Source of the DNA: Candidatus Latescibacterota bacterium
Lineage (GTDB): Bacteria; Latescibacterota; UBA2968; UBA8231
DNA length: 64,000 bases
Direction: 5' to 3'
Assembly: GCA_965217585.1 (NCBI GenBank)
Contig: OZ244561.1
Span: 2,560,001-2,624,000, forward strand
The first letter of the stretch is position 1, and each line of letters starts with the position of its first letter. Made by a program: the position numbers and the translations under genes. The notes beneath the pieces are model-generated. The model had not been told where the DNA came from, ran no database searches, and worked only from the letters and a program-made list of their open reading frames with translations. Positions 1-9,140 of this stretch are shown piece by piece.

Positions 1-386
1 AGTCCACCCACTTCGGACCCATGGACATGGCCCCGCGCATCGCCGCCGAACCCGAAGGCCCGCGCTGGGACGCCTATCAGTTCATGGGCATCGGGGCGGG
101 CGTGATGGCGGCGCTCATGTGGGCGCGCCACCACTTCCTGTGGTGGCCCCTCAACCCGCTCGGGTTCACGATCGCCGCCAATTGGAAGACGGGCCACATC
201 TTCTGCAGCGCCCTGCTGGCCTGGTTCCTGAAGCTGGTGATCCTGCGCTACGGTGGTGTGCGCCTCTACCGCAACCTGCGGCCCTTCTTCCTGGGCCTGA
301 TCCTGGGCGAAATCGTCGGGGCCGGGGTGTTTGTGCTCATCGACTACGCCACCGGCCACACCGGCAGCTTCCTGACCCAGGTCTGA
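1..386 (+). CDS. C-terminal part of a polytopic membrane protein (DUF6785/DUF6784, OPT-like peptide transporter family); runs off the window start
   Basis: Hydrophobic helices with WWPLNPLGF and LRYGG..LY..LRPFFLGLILGE motifs; stop TGA at 384-386. Confidence 0.65.
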   Translation, partial: STHFGPMDMAPRIAAEPEGPRWDAYQFMGIGAGVMAALMWARHHFLWWPLNPLGFTIAANWKTGHIFCSALLAWFLKLVILRYGGVRLYRNLRPFFLGLILGEIVGAGVFVLIDYATGHTGSFLTQV

Positions 387-539
387 AGGCGGTCGCGCCC
401 CGGCTAGGAGCGCAGGGCGACCAGGAACAGGACGATGAGAGGCGTTTCACGGCGCGTTGCCCGTGGCGATATCGAGTTTCGGTTGACGCCGGCGCAGATG
501 GTCGGCAGGGTGGCCCGCAATACAGAAAGGGAATTGGAG

Positions 540-1985
540 ATGGCTAAGAGGAAAAGAGCGAAGACGAAGACGAAGAGCAAGACCGCCGGCAGCACCCCGG
601 CGGGCGTCATCGAGCTAGGCGACCGGCGCGAACTGTTCGTCGACGACTACCTGATCGAGCGGCTGCGTGGCGTCGAGCTGCGCCTGCAGAAGCCAGTGCC
701 GCGGAACGTGGCGCTCGACCACGACGTGCCGTGGGAGGGCAACACCAGCGCCTACCACACGGTGTTCCGGGACGGCAAGCTGTTCCGCGCCTATTACCGC
801 GGCTCGCACTACGACCCGTCAGGCAACCACTACCGGCCGGTCGTGTGCTACGCGGAAAGCCGCGACGGGATCGAGTGGTACCGGCCGGAGCTGGGCCTGG
901 TCAACTACCAGGGTTCGACCCGCAACAACATCGTCTGGGACGGGATCGGCGCGCACAACTTCGCGCCCTTTCGCGACCTTAACCCCGACTGTCGGGAGGG
1001 GGAGGAGTACAAGGCTCTGGGCAGCGCGCTCGCGCGCACCGCCGACGAGCAGGCCCTCTACGCCTTCAAGTCGCCGGACGGCGTGCACTGGAGCCTGCTA
1101 TCGGAAAAGCCGGTGATCACCGTGGGTGCCTTCGACTCGCTGAACCTCGCCTTCTACGACCCGCTGCGCGGCTGCTACGTCGACTACCACCGCGACTCCA
1201 TCTATCCCGACGGCGTGCGCGTGCGCAACATCATGACCTGCACCTCGAAGGACTTCCGCCGGTGGACGAAGCCGCAGTGGCTCGACTTCGGCGACGCCCC
1301 AGTCGAGCACCTCTACACGAACGCGGTGACCCCCTACCACCGGGCTCCGCACATCTACATGGGCTTCCCCAAGCGCTTCGTGCCGGATCGCAGAATGCCC
1401 GGCAACACCGCCCGCGGCGTGTCGGACGGCGTGTACATGACCAGCCGCGACGGCCTGCACTTCAAGCGCTGGAGCGAGGCCTTCGTGCGACCCGGGCTGC
1501 AGCCGGAGCGCTGGGAAAACCGCAACAACATGACGGCTTGGGGCATTCTGGAGACGGCCAACGACCTGCCGACTGCGCCGAAGGAGCTGTCGATCTTCAC
1601 CACCGAGGGCTACTACCGCGGCGAGGCCTGCCGACTGCGGCGCTTCACGCTGCGCGTGGACGGCTTCGTGTCCGCCAACGCGCCGCTGAAGGGGGGCGAG
1701 CTGATCACGCGGCCCTTCACCTTCGAGGGCGGCGCCCTGAGCCTGAACGTAGGCACTTCCGCCGCCGGCTCGGTGCGCGTCGAGATCCAAGACGGCGACG
1801 GCAAGGCGCTGAAGGGGTACACCCTGGGCGACTGCGACGAGATCTACGGCGACTACCTGGACCTCATGGTCACCTGGAAGGGCCAAGCCGACGTCCGCGG
1901 CCTGACCGGCAAACCGGTGCGCCTGCGCTTTGCCCTCAGCGACGCCGACCTGTACAGCCTGCAGTTCACGCCGCTGCCTGTCTGA
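540..1985 (+). CDS. Five-bladed beta-propeller glycoside hydrolase-like protein (GH32/43/130 clan) with C-terminal beta-sandwich
   Basis: ELFVDD, CYAESRDGIEWYRPELGLV, SRDGLHF, LRVDGFVS and VRLRF..LYS motifs; ATG 540 follows GAAAGGGA. Confidence 0.7.
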   Translation: MAKRKRAKTKTKSKTAGSTPAGVIELGDRRELFVDDYLIERLRGVELRLQKPVPRNVALDHDVPWEGNTSAYHTVFRDGKLFRAYYRGSHYDPSGNHYRPVVCYAESRDGIEWYRPELGLVNYQGSTRNNIVWDGIGAHNFAPFRDLNPDCREGEEYKALGSALARTADEQALYAFKSPDGVHWSLLSEKPVITVGAFDSLNLAFYDPLRGCYVDYHRDSIYPDGVRVRNIMTCTSKDFRRWTKPQWLDFGDAPVEHLYTNAVTPYHRAPHIYMGFPKRFVPDRRMPGNTARGVSDGVYMTSRDGLHFKRWSEAFVRPGLQPERWENRNNMTAWGILETANDLPTAPKELSIFTTEGYYRGEACRLRRFTLRVDGFVSANAPLKGGELITRPFTFEGGALSLNVGTSAAGSVRVEIQDGDGKALKGYTLGDCDEIYGDYLDLMVTWKGQADVRGLTGKPVRLRFALSDADLYSLQFTPLPV

Positions 1986-2001
1986 GAGAGGAGGCCATCC
2001 G

Positions 2002-3375
2002 ATGCCCCGACACGTTGGGACGCAGATCTTCTGCGACGACGCAATGCTGGCGCAAACGGAGAACGTCTGGCGCTCGGTCCATCACCCGGCCAGACACGAA
2101 GCCAACCCTGTGCTCATACCCGACCGGCCCTGGGAGGGATATCTGGTCCTGCAGCCGGGGACGGTCATCTGGGACGAGGAGGATGGGTGCTTCAAGATGT
2201 GGTACAACACCCAGCCGAGCCGGGACAGACCGGATGCCCCGCTGAACCTCTGCTACGCCGTATCGGCAGACGGGGTACACTGGGAGAAGCCGGAGCTGGG
2301 TCTGGTAGAGTTCGGCGGATCGACGGAAAACAACATCCTCATGCAGGACGTGGCGTGGACACACTGCGTCCTGAAGGACGCGGCGGAAAGGGATGCTGAA
2401 AGGCGCTACAAGCTGCTCTACTGGACGCCGGCGGGCGACGGAATCCATGCGGCTTTTTCCGAAGACGGCGGCCGCTGGCGGCCGTGGGAAGACAACCCGG
2501 TCGTGCCCCGCCGGGCGACGGGCGATACCTTCAGCGTCATGCGTGATCCGGCGTCGGGTGAGTACTGGCTGTATCACAAGACGAGGACGCCGGCCCGGCC
2601 GATCCGCATGGTCTCGCGCATGGTGAGCGAGGATTTCCTGCACTGGAGCGGGACCCGCCGCGTGCTGGCTCCCGACGCCTTCGACCCGCCTGACACCCAG
2701 TTCTACGGGCTGTCCGCCTTTCCCCATGCAGGCCAGTACCTGGGCGTTCTGTGGGTGTACCACACGTACCTGCAGACGCTGGATATGCAGCTGGTCTCCA
2801 GCCGCGACGGGTTGCGCTGGGACCGCACAGCCGACCGCAAGCTGTTCATGCATCTGGTACCGACCAACGAGTACCGGGGCGGCACCTTCGATCGCACGCA
2901 GATCTATCCCGTTTCGGCGCCGGTGGAGAGAGACGGACGGCTGTGGTTGTTCTACTCCGGCTTTACCGTGCCGCACAATGCCCCGGCCGCCGACCACGAC
3001 GGGCGCATCGGCCTGGCCACCATTCGTCTGGATGGCTTCTGCTCTCTCGATGCCACAAGTCCGGGATATGTCCTTACCCGTCCCTTTACCTGGAACGGGA
3101 GCCGGCTGCGGCTGAACGCGGCTACCAGTGGCCCGAGTCCTGAGCCTTCAACAGACAGTAGCGGCGGGGTCAGGGTGCAGATCGAAGATGAACAGGGACG
3201 ACCCATTCCCGGGTTTGCCGCTGTGCAGTGCACCCCGTTCTGCGGCGACGAGACCGGAGCCTTCATGGACTGGGGCGGGCACAGCGACCTGAGCGAACTC
3301 ACGGGACGAGTCGTGCAACTGCGCTTCGACCTCGAGGCTACGAACCTGTATTCTTTTCGCGTCTGCAACCGGTAG
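2002..3375 (+). CDS. Second beta-propeller glycoside hydrolase-like paralog
   Basis: CYAVSADGVHWEKPELGLV, SRDGLRW, RLDGFCSL, VQLRF..LYS; GGAGG RBS before ATG 2002. Confidence 0.7.
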   Translation: MPRHVGTQIFCDDAMLAQTENVWRSVHHPARHEANPVLIPDRPWEGYLVLQPGTVIWDEEDGCFKMWYNTQPSRDRPDAPLNLCYAVSADGVHWEKPELGLVEFGGSTENNILMQDVAWTHCVLKDAAERDAERRYKLLYWTPAGDGIHAAFSEDGGRWRPWEDNPVVPRRATGDTFSVMRDPASGEYWLYHKTRTPARPIRMVSRMVSEDFLHWSGTRRVLAPDAFDPPDTQFYGLSAFPHAGQYLGVLWVYHTYLQTLDMQLVSSRDGLRWDRTADRKLFMHLVPTNEYRGGTFDRTQIYPVSAPVERDGRLWLFYSGFTVPHNAPAADHDGRIGLATIRLDGFCSLDATSPGYVLTRPFTWNGSRLRLNAATSGPSPEPSTDSSGGVRVQIEDEQGRPIPGFAAVQCTPFCGDETGAFMDWGGHSDLSELTGRVVQLRFDLEATNLYSFRVCNR

Positions 3376-3417
3376 GGATGAGCGCAGACATATCCTAGCG
3401 GAAATTTTCTTTTAAAT

Positions 3418-4851
3418 TCAAGGATACTGATAACCTTCATTGTTGATATTAAATGGCCATATCTTCAACATATGTCTGAGTCGAATAAGGTCGCCTTTCT
3501 CCAGCTCCCCTATATCCAGTTCCCTTTTTAACGATGGATCATTAAAATCCAATCTTTTACTCGCCGTCAAAAACCCTTCTTTGAGAATGATGTGGGTCAG
3601 GTGGCTTGCGATTAAATAATATCCTTCATTTGAAGGATGCAGGTGTTCAACAATCATTGGTTTGCCAATCACACTCTTGGGATCGCAATCCTGGAATACG
3701 GTTTCAAGGTCTGCTAATATAACGTCTGTTTCTTTGGCAACACCTTTTATGGTTTCATTTACCTCTGATGGGGCTCTGATCGGTAAAATATCCAAGTCTC
3801 TTGCTCTTGTGAAGGATTGTTCAGCTTTATCTCGATGTCCTTGGGCAAGGTAAACATGACCTAGGTCAAAATGAGTTTGGGCATGAGCTGGGAAAAGTTC
3901 AATTGCTGTCTGGTAGATACGCACCGCCTCTTCCAGATGATTTTGTTCAAATGCAGCCTTGCCATTCTCTAACAACTGTTGCCATTGAGTAACATCGAGT
4001 GAAGATGGCGGTGGTTCTGAATCAAATGGGCGCCAATCTCGAAGATTGGAAACGATCGTCCCTAAAATCACAGGGATTCGATGACGCTTTGCGATAGAGA
4101 TAATTTCTTGGAGATTTCCCCTGAAATTCTCAAGGGCTTGCTCCCGTAGAGGATGATGAGGGGCAAGAGAACTGCTTACCATCATTTTATATGGCGATTG
4201 TTCCTTTTCAAATCGATTAGAAGGTGCTCTTAATTTTGAGTAAAAATTGTTTGCTAGCTGAAATATCTTAATCTCGCGTAATCGCAAAATCAGATTGATT
4301 ACTTCGCGAGACGTCCCCAATGCCACATTCGATGCCACGCCAACTGGTCCATAAATTTCGTTATGTCCCATATAAATGATCAAAAGGTCGGGATCATACT
4401 GAGGAAGTTTTTTCACGATGTCGAGAACTTGATAACTATTAAATGTATCTATTCCTAGGTTAACCACTTCTACCGTTTTATCCACGTTGGAACGTTTTAA
4501 TAATTCGTTAAGTAGCGTGGGGAACGGCCCTCTTGTCGTTGATCCTCCAAGACAAAAGATGCGAAAATCCTTTGCGGATTTCTGCTGTTTCATGCTTATC
4601 TTGGGAATTAGATTTTTAAGCATTGGATTATTAATTGAATAATATTTTCGGTACAACTCCTGATTAAGTTGATACGTAAAAGAAGAGCTTTGAGGGATAA
4701 ATAGCCTGTCATCAAGGCCGTAATTAGTATGCCGCAAATAGATCTCTAGTCCTATAAGCAGTAGAAAGGGGATAAGAACCAAAAGGACGTCAAGGAATAT
4801 GATGGTTTTTCTAGACCATTTAATGGTTTGTCCCGTTTGTGTCTGCATCAT
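3418..4851 (-). CDS. Membrane-anchored SGNH/GDSL hydrolase-like protein with TPR insertion; markedly low GC
   Basis: N-terminal TM helix; GGSTT, NLG, MGHNE and EHLHP SGNH blocks; TPR segment AHAQTHFDLGHVY. Confidence 0.75.
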   Translation of the reverse strand: MMQTQTGQTIKWSRKTIIFLDVLLVLIPFLLLIGLEIYLRHTNYGLDDRLFIPQSSSFTYQLNQELYRKYYSINNPMLKNLIPKISMKQQKSAKDFRIFCLGGSTTRGPFPTLLNELLKRSNVDKTVEVVNLGIDTFNSYQVLDIVKKLPQYDPDLLIIYMGHNEIYGPVGVASNVALGTSREVINLILRLREIKIFQLANNFYSKLRAPSNRFEKEQSPYKMMVSSSLAPHHPLREQALENFRGNLQEIISIAKRHRIPVILGTIVSNLRDWRPFDSEPPPSSLDVTQWQQLLENGKAAFEQNHLEEAVRIYQTAIELFPAHAQTHFDLGHVYLAQGHRDKAEQSFTRARDLDILPIRAPSEVNETIKGVAKETDVILADLETVFQDCDPKSVIGKPMIVEHLHPSNEGYYLIASHLTHIILKEGFLTASKRLDFNDPSLKRELDIGELEKGDLIRLRHMLKIWPFNINNEGYQYP

Positions 4852-5013
4852 CTACGCCTTACGAAAGAATTACCCTAGTGAGGAGGCAGCAGCAGCGCCT
4901 GGGCTTCGTCCTCTACCCAGCAATGCCAGATGGAGCATTCGCCGTCTCATGTTCTGCGCGCCTGATTAAGATACCCCAGGTCCGGTTAAATGGATACCCC
5001 CGATAATGCCTCT

Positions 5014-5095
5014 AACAACACGCTCTACAACAACGAGGGGCGGGGACGCTTCGAGGCCATCACCCGTCAGGTCGGTCTCGAGGTTGGGGCATCAA
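5014..5095 (+). pseudogene. Short FG-GAP/CRTAC1-type gene fragment
   Basis: NNTLYNNEGRGRFEAITRQVGL matches the NxLYxNxGxGxFxxVxxxxG repeat in the intact CRTAC1 gene at 19732-21447, but has no long ORF around it. Confidence 0.45.
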
Positions 5096-5298
5096 CATGC
5101 TGGAAGTTTTCCTTGGATTTCCGGGCAATTTTCCCCATATTAAGCCTAATTGTTTCACGCAAAATCACCAGTTCCCATTTGCTCTCGCTCGCTGAGCGAA
5201 TGGTGCGCTGAAAGGAGGTGTTCAAGGGAAAAGCCCGCATTTCACAAATCAACGCAGTAGCAGTAGTCATCTTTCTACAGATGAAAGGAGAAGCAACA

Positions 5299-6216
5299 GT
5301 GAAGAAGATTATCATCATAGCTGCCGTTTTGGGCCTCGTTCTCGCCTCCTTTACTCCGAGTTCGGCCCACCAGCGGACAGACCGGAACTGGGCGGCGGTA
5401 CAGGTGCCCATCGACGTCGCTGGAGTCAGGAACGTCGTGATGGACGGAGATCTCGGCGATTGGGACAACGTACCGTCTGTCTTCTGGGTAACCCAGGATG
5501 ACCTAACCGAGGTCGTCACGGGCACCCAGGGCGACCCGGATGCGGGCAATCTCGCCGAGCGCATCATCGTCGGCTGGAGCCCAGAGACCAACCTTGTGTA
5601 CGTCATGGAGGAAAGGTTCGACGACGTCTGGTACGGCACCCTCGACGACACCAACGACAAACTCGAGCTCGTGCTCGATGCCGACCACAGCGGCGGGCAG
5701 TTCCAAGGCGTGGAAGGTATCGGCCTGGATCCGGAGCGATGGGCCGGGGCCGCCGCGCAGGACTGGCAGCAGTCGCTCAATAACGAAGACAACAACCTGT
5801 GGTTATGGGGCGGCGGAGTATGGGCTTCCGTGGAGCCTTACGCCGGCATCAGATGGAACGTCGAGGGCGAGGCCGGTGGACCCGCCACCCTCTTTCAGGA
5901 GAGTTGGTTCACCACCTTCGACGACCTGCCTGCCAGTTCGACCGGTCCCGACGATCCCGACCTGATTACCCATGACTTGGAGGAAGGTCAGGTCATGGGC
6001 ATCGGCATGGCCATTCAGGACGATGACAACGGCCCAGGCAATTCGTACAACGGCTACTGGGTCTCCACTGGCGACATCAACATGTACTTCAACGCCGACT
6101 CCCTGGTAGACTACGTGCTACTTGGTTTTGACGCAAACAACTGGATGTCCGACTCCGACGCCACAGCGGTCGAGGACGACAGCTGGGGCCGCATTAAGGC
6201 GGGCTTCTCCAAATAG
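5299..6216 (+). CDS. Secreted CBM9/DOMON-like protein with C-terminal TAVExxSWGRIK motif
   Basis: AAGGAG RBS plus GTG start; signal peptide KKIIIIAAVLGLVLA; MDGDLGDW, ELVLDADHSGG, IGMAIQDDD; ends ATAVEDDSWGRIKAGFSK. Confidence 0.75.
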   Translation: MKKIIIIAAVLGLVLASFTPSSAHQRTDRNWAAVQVPIDVAGVRNVVMDGDLGDWDNVPSVFWVTQDDLTEVVTGTQGDPDAGNLAERIIVGWSPETNLVYVMEERFDDVWYGTLDDTNDKLELVLDADHSGGQFQGVEGIGLDPERWAGAAAQDWQQSLNNEDNNLWLWGGGVWASVEPYAGIRWNVEGEAGGPATLFQESWFTTFDDLPASSTGPDDPDLITHDLEEGQVMGIGMAIQDDDNGPGNSYNGYWVSTGDINMYFNADSLVDYVLLGFDANNWMSDSDATAVEDDSWGRIKAGFSK

Positions 6217-6257
6217 GGGGAAAGGTCGGCTGTAAGGACCCAGGACGGCTGTTGTTG

Positions 6258-6298
6258 AAGGGGGGGCGAGATCGTTGATCCTCGCCCCCCCCTTTTTT
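6258..6298 (+). terminator. Rho-independent terminator
   Basis: GGGGGGGCGAG-ATC...GAT-CCTCGCCCCCCC hairpin followed by TTTTTT, 40 nt after the stop codon. Confidence 0.85.
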
Positions 6299-6321
6299 CG
6301 GCGCTCAACGGCGTTTCTGAC

Positions 6322-9102
6322 ATGAGCGGGGCGCAAGCTCGGGAGCAAGATAAGGAGAAAGAAGTGCGCTCATCGGCGCTATTGCTGAACTCGACAAGAA
6401 CCCGAGTGCCGCGCGGCGTAGGTAGGGAGCGCCGCGAGCGGGGATGGGTCGGCGCTCAACGGCTAACGGACCCCCTCCGCGCGGCACTCGTCTGTTCCGC
6501 GTTGACGTTGTCGGCGGTATGTCTGTGCTGGGGACAGGAGGGGTATTCGCTGGATTCAGGCAGGGTGGTCGTCGATTCCAGGGCGCATTGGGAACGCTGG
6601 CACTCCGCTGCCAACACGGTCCAGATCAGCGATGAGGGAGTGAAACCCGCCTTCATCCGCAAGCACACGAGACTGGAAATAGAAGATGAGGAAGTCGTCG
6701 TTCCCGGCATCAACGCCGTCCTCAATGCCGTCGATTTCGGCGGCGGTGTATTAGATGCCGGATCCAATCGCTCGAGCGGCATCGATCTCATGGATGGAAG
6801 GATGGACACCTTCTGGGAACCGGACCCCTCCGACCTGTTGCAGGACTGGTGGGTGCAGATCGATCTGGGGCGGACGGTATCGGCCACCAGGATCGTCCTC
6901 AAGTTTGTCGGTGAAGATCTGGGAGACCCTTTTCTGCAGTTCAAGGCGACCACCTCACAGGGACAGAAAACGCTCGGTCAGCTCCTTTTCCGGACGCGCT
7001 TCACCACGGACAAACCGATCAAGAACGAGCGGGTTTTCGAGATCGATCTGACCAAACAGCTACCGACGAAGTGGCCCGATGCACGGGGCGACTTCACCGG
7101 CGACGTCATCCAATACGTCGGGGTGGGGATCACGGACAGCGACTTCGGCAGGGCGAGGCAGGTTTCCCAGTCCGAATACGATAGTCTGCCAGCCGACCAA
7201 CAGGGAGAGATAGACTACTTCCGACGAGAGGCATCGGGGGAGGTGAGGTTGCTGGATGGGAAAGAGGATTGGGAAGCTCTGGCAGGCACGGAGAGGCAGG
7301 GGCCGGTAGTCTACTACCGCCGCGAAATACCCAGGCTGGCCGAGATCGAGGTCTGGACCATCGGCGACAACATCGGCACGGGCGTACTGGAGCGGGGCGG
7401 CAGGGTGACCGCCCGGGAGAATGTCAACAAGGGGGCGGCCGTGGTAGATGGGGACCTCTTCGGCGAGGTCGTGTTCTGGTCTGCCAACGGGAGTTACGAT
7501 CCCAACAAGTTGCCGATTGCGGATCCGCGGGATGCGGAGCGCTCGATGTTCATAGATCTCGGAGGCTCCTACTTTGTGGACAATATCAGAATACTCCACG
7601 CCCTCCCCAACCCACCTCCGTTCAGAGCCTACCGCATTCAGCTCTCGGACGGCTCCACCAATGCCGGCGGCGAACTGGCCTGGAAGACGGTGGGGTCGCT
7701 CAGCGACATCGTGCGGGGGCAGAATTTCCACGACTTCAAGTTCCCGCTCACGAAGGTCGAGCATTTTGCCTTTACCTATAGGCTCCACGACCGCTCCACG
7801 TACGAGCCCGGGCAAGGGAGCCACGGGGTGTCGGAGGTCCAGTTTTTCGGGGAAGGGTTCCTGCCGGAGTCGCAGATCTCGTCTGAGTTCGGAGGGGAGG
7901 CCCCGTTCATAGAGGTGGCGCGGACCCCTCGGAACCTAGCTTCCATCGAGTGGGAGGCCGACGTGCCACCGGGTGCGAATCTAATCTTGCAAACCCGAAC
8001 CGGCGATACGGTCGAGAGCATAACCCGCTACTACAAGAAGAACGGGGATCAATACCCGGGCACCGAAGAGGAGGCGGCCAAGGCCTGGGAGACGGACAAG
8101 AAGTTCTTCGGGGATGCTTCGGTAGGGCCGGTCTTAACCGAGACGCGCCCGGGCAATGACTGGAGCGGCTGGAGTCAGCCTTACTTCGATTCAGGCGCAA
8201 AGATTACCTCGCCCAGTCCCAGACGGTTCGTCGCCATCAGGGCAATCTTCCTGACAGAAGACCCCAAGGCGGCGACCACGCTGCGTTCGGTGGCGCTGAA
8301 CTTCGTGACGCCGGTGGCCGGCGCGATCGTGGGCGAGATACTGCCCTCGCGTCTGGAGGAGATCGGCACGAAGCAGCAAATGTCGTATTTCATCCGTTCG
8401 ACCTTCAAGGCGGGCAGTAGGGGGTTCGACGAGATCCTCATCGAGGCGCCCGACGGCGTCGACATGAAGCTGAAACAGGTGAATGTAGACGTGACGGGGC
8501 AGGACGCCGCAACGTATACGGCGGAGAGCGAGGGGTTCGAGGTGGTGATGGAGACGGATTCGCTGTGGGTGCGTCTGCCGGCTGCGATCAAGACGACGAG
8601 TGGATCAGCGCTGGTGGAGCTTCAGTTCGAGGCGACCATATTCGGGTACAACACGTTTTTCATCGGCTCCATGGGGAACTCGGCGTTCGAAAACTCGTGG
8701 CAGCGGGTGGATGACGGCGATGCCAACGGGGTTGTGGACAGCGAGACGACGGTGGTGTTGGCGCTGGAGCGCGGCCAGTTGCTGGGGGATCTGCAGGTCG
8801 ATCGCGTTTTCACGCCCAATGGCGACGGCGTCAACGACGAGCTGGAGGTCAGTTTTTCGCTGATGCGGGTGCTCAGTTCGGCGCCGGTCCAAGTGGACGT
8901 GTACGATCTGGCCGGCCGGCCGGTGGCGCGTATAGCCGAGACGACCATAACGGCAGGCCGTCATACGGTGACGTGGACGGGCGTCGACCAGTCGGGAGCG
9001 GTCGTGCCACCGGGGATCTATCTGATGTGCATCGACCTAAAAGTGGATTCGACATCCGAGAAGAAAACCTCGGTCCATCGATTGGTGCGCGTCGCCTACT
9101 AG
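6322..9102 (+). CDS. Large secreted protein: discoidin/F5-8-like domains plus C-terminal CHU_C/FlgD Ig-like tail (paralog 1); true start probably downstream of 6322
   Basis: MDGRMDTFW, WVQIDLG, WSGWSQPY, SPSPRRF, FTPNGDGVND, VYDLAGR, WTGVDQSG.VVPPGIY, ends VRVAY; signal-like segment near 6470-6535. Confidence 0.8.
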   Translation: MSGAQAREQDKEKEVRSSALLLNSTRTRVPRGVGRERRERGWVGAQRLTDPLRAALVCSALTLSAVCLCWGQEGYSLDSGRVVVDSRAHWERWHSAANTVQISDEGVKPAFIRKHTRLEIEDEEVVVPGINAVLNAVDFGGGVLDAGSNRSSGIDLMDGRMDTFWEPDPSDLLQDWWVQIDLGRTVSATRIVLKFVGEDLGDPFLQFKATTSQGQKTLGQLLFRTRFTTDKPIKNERVFEIDLTKQLPTKWPDARGDFTGDVIQYVGVGITDSDFGRARQVSQSEYDSLPADQQGEIDYFRREASGEVRLLDGKEDWEALAGTERQGPVVYYRREIPRLAEIEVWTIGDNIGTGVLERGGRVTARENVNKGAAVVDGDLFGEVVFWSANGSYDPNKLPIADPRDAERSMFIDLGGSYFVDNIRILHALPNPPPFRAYRIQLSDGSTNAGGELAWKTVGSLSDIVRGQNFHDFKFPLTKVEHFAFTYRLHDRSTYEPGQGSHGVSEVQFFGEGFLPESQISSEFGGEAPFIEVARTPRNLASIEWEADVPPGANLILQTRTGDTVESITRYYKKNGDQYPGTEEEAAKAWETDKKFFGDASVGPVLTETRPGNDWSGWSQPYFDSGAKITSPSPRRFVAIRAIFLTEDPKAATTLRSVALNFVTPVAGAIVGEILPSRLEEIGTKQQMSYFIRSTFKAGSRGFDEILIEAPDGVDMKLKQVNVDVTGQDAATYTAESEGFEVVMETDSLWVRLPAAIKTTSGSALVELQFEATIFGYNTFFIGSMGNSAFENSWQRVDDGDANGVVDSETTVVLALERGQLLGDLQVDRVFTPNGDGVNDELEVSFSLMRVLSSAPVQVDVYDLAGRPVARIAETTITAGRHTVTWTGVDQSGAVVPPGIYLMCIDLKVDSTSEKKTSVHRLVRVAY

Positions 9103-9140
9103 TCTCCGCGACAGGACACCAAGGAGCCCGTGTTCAGCAA

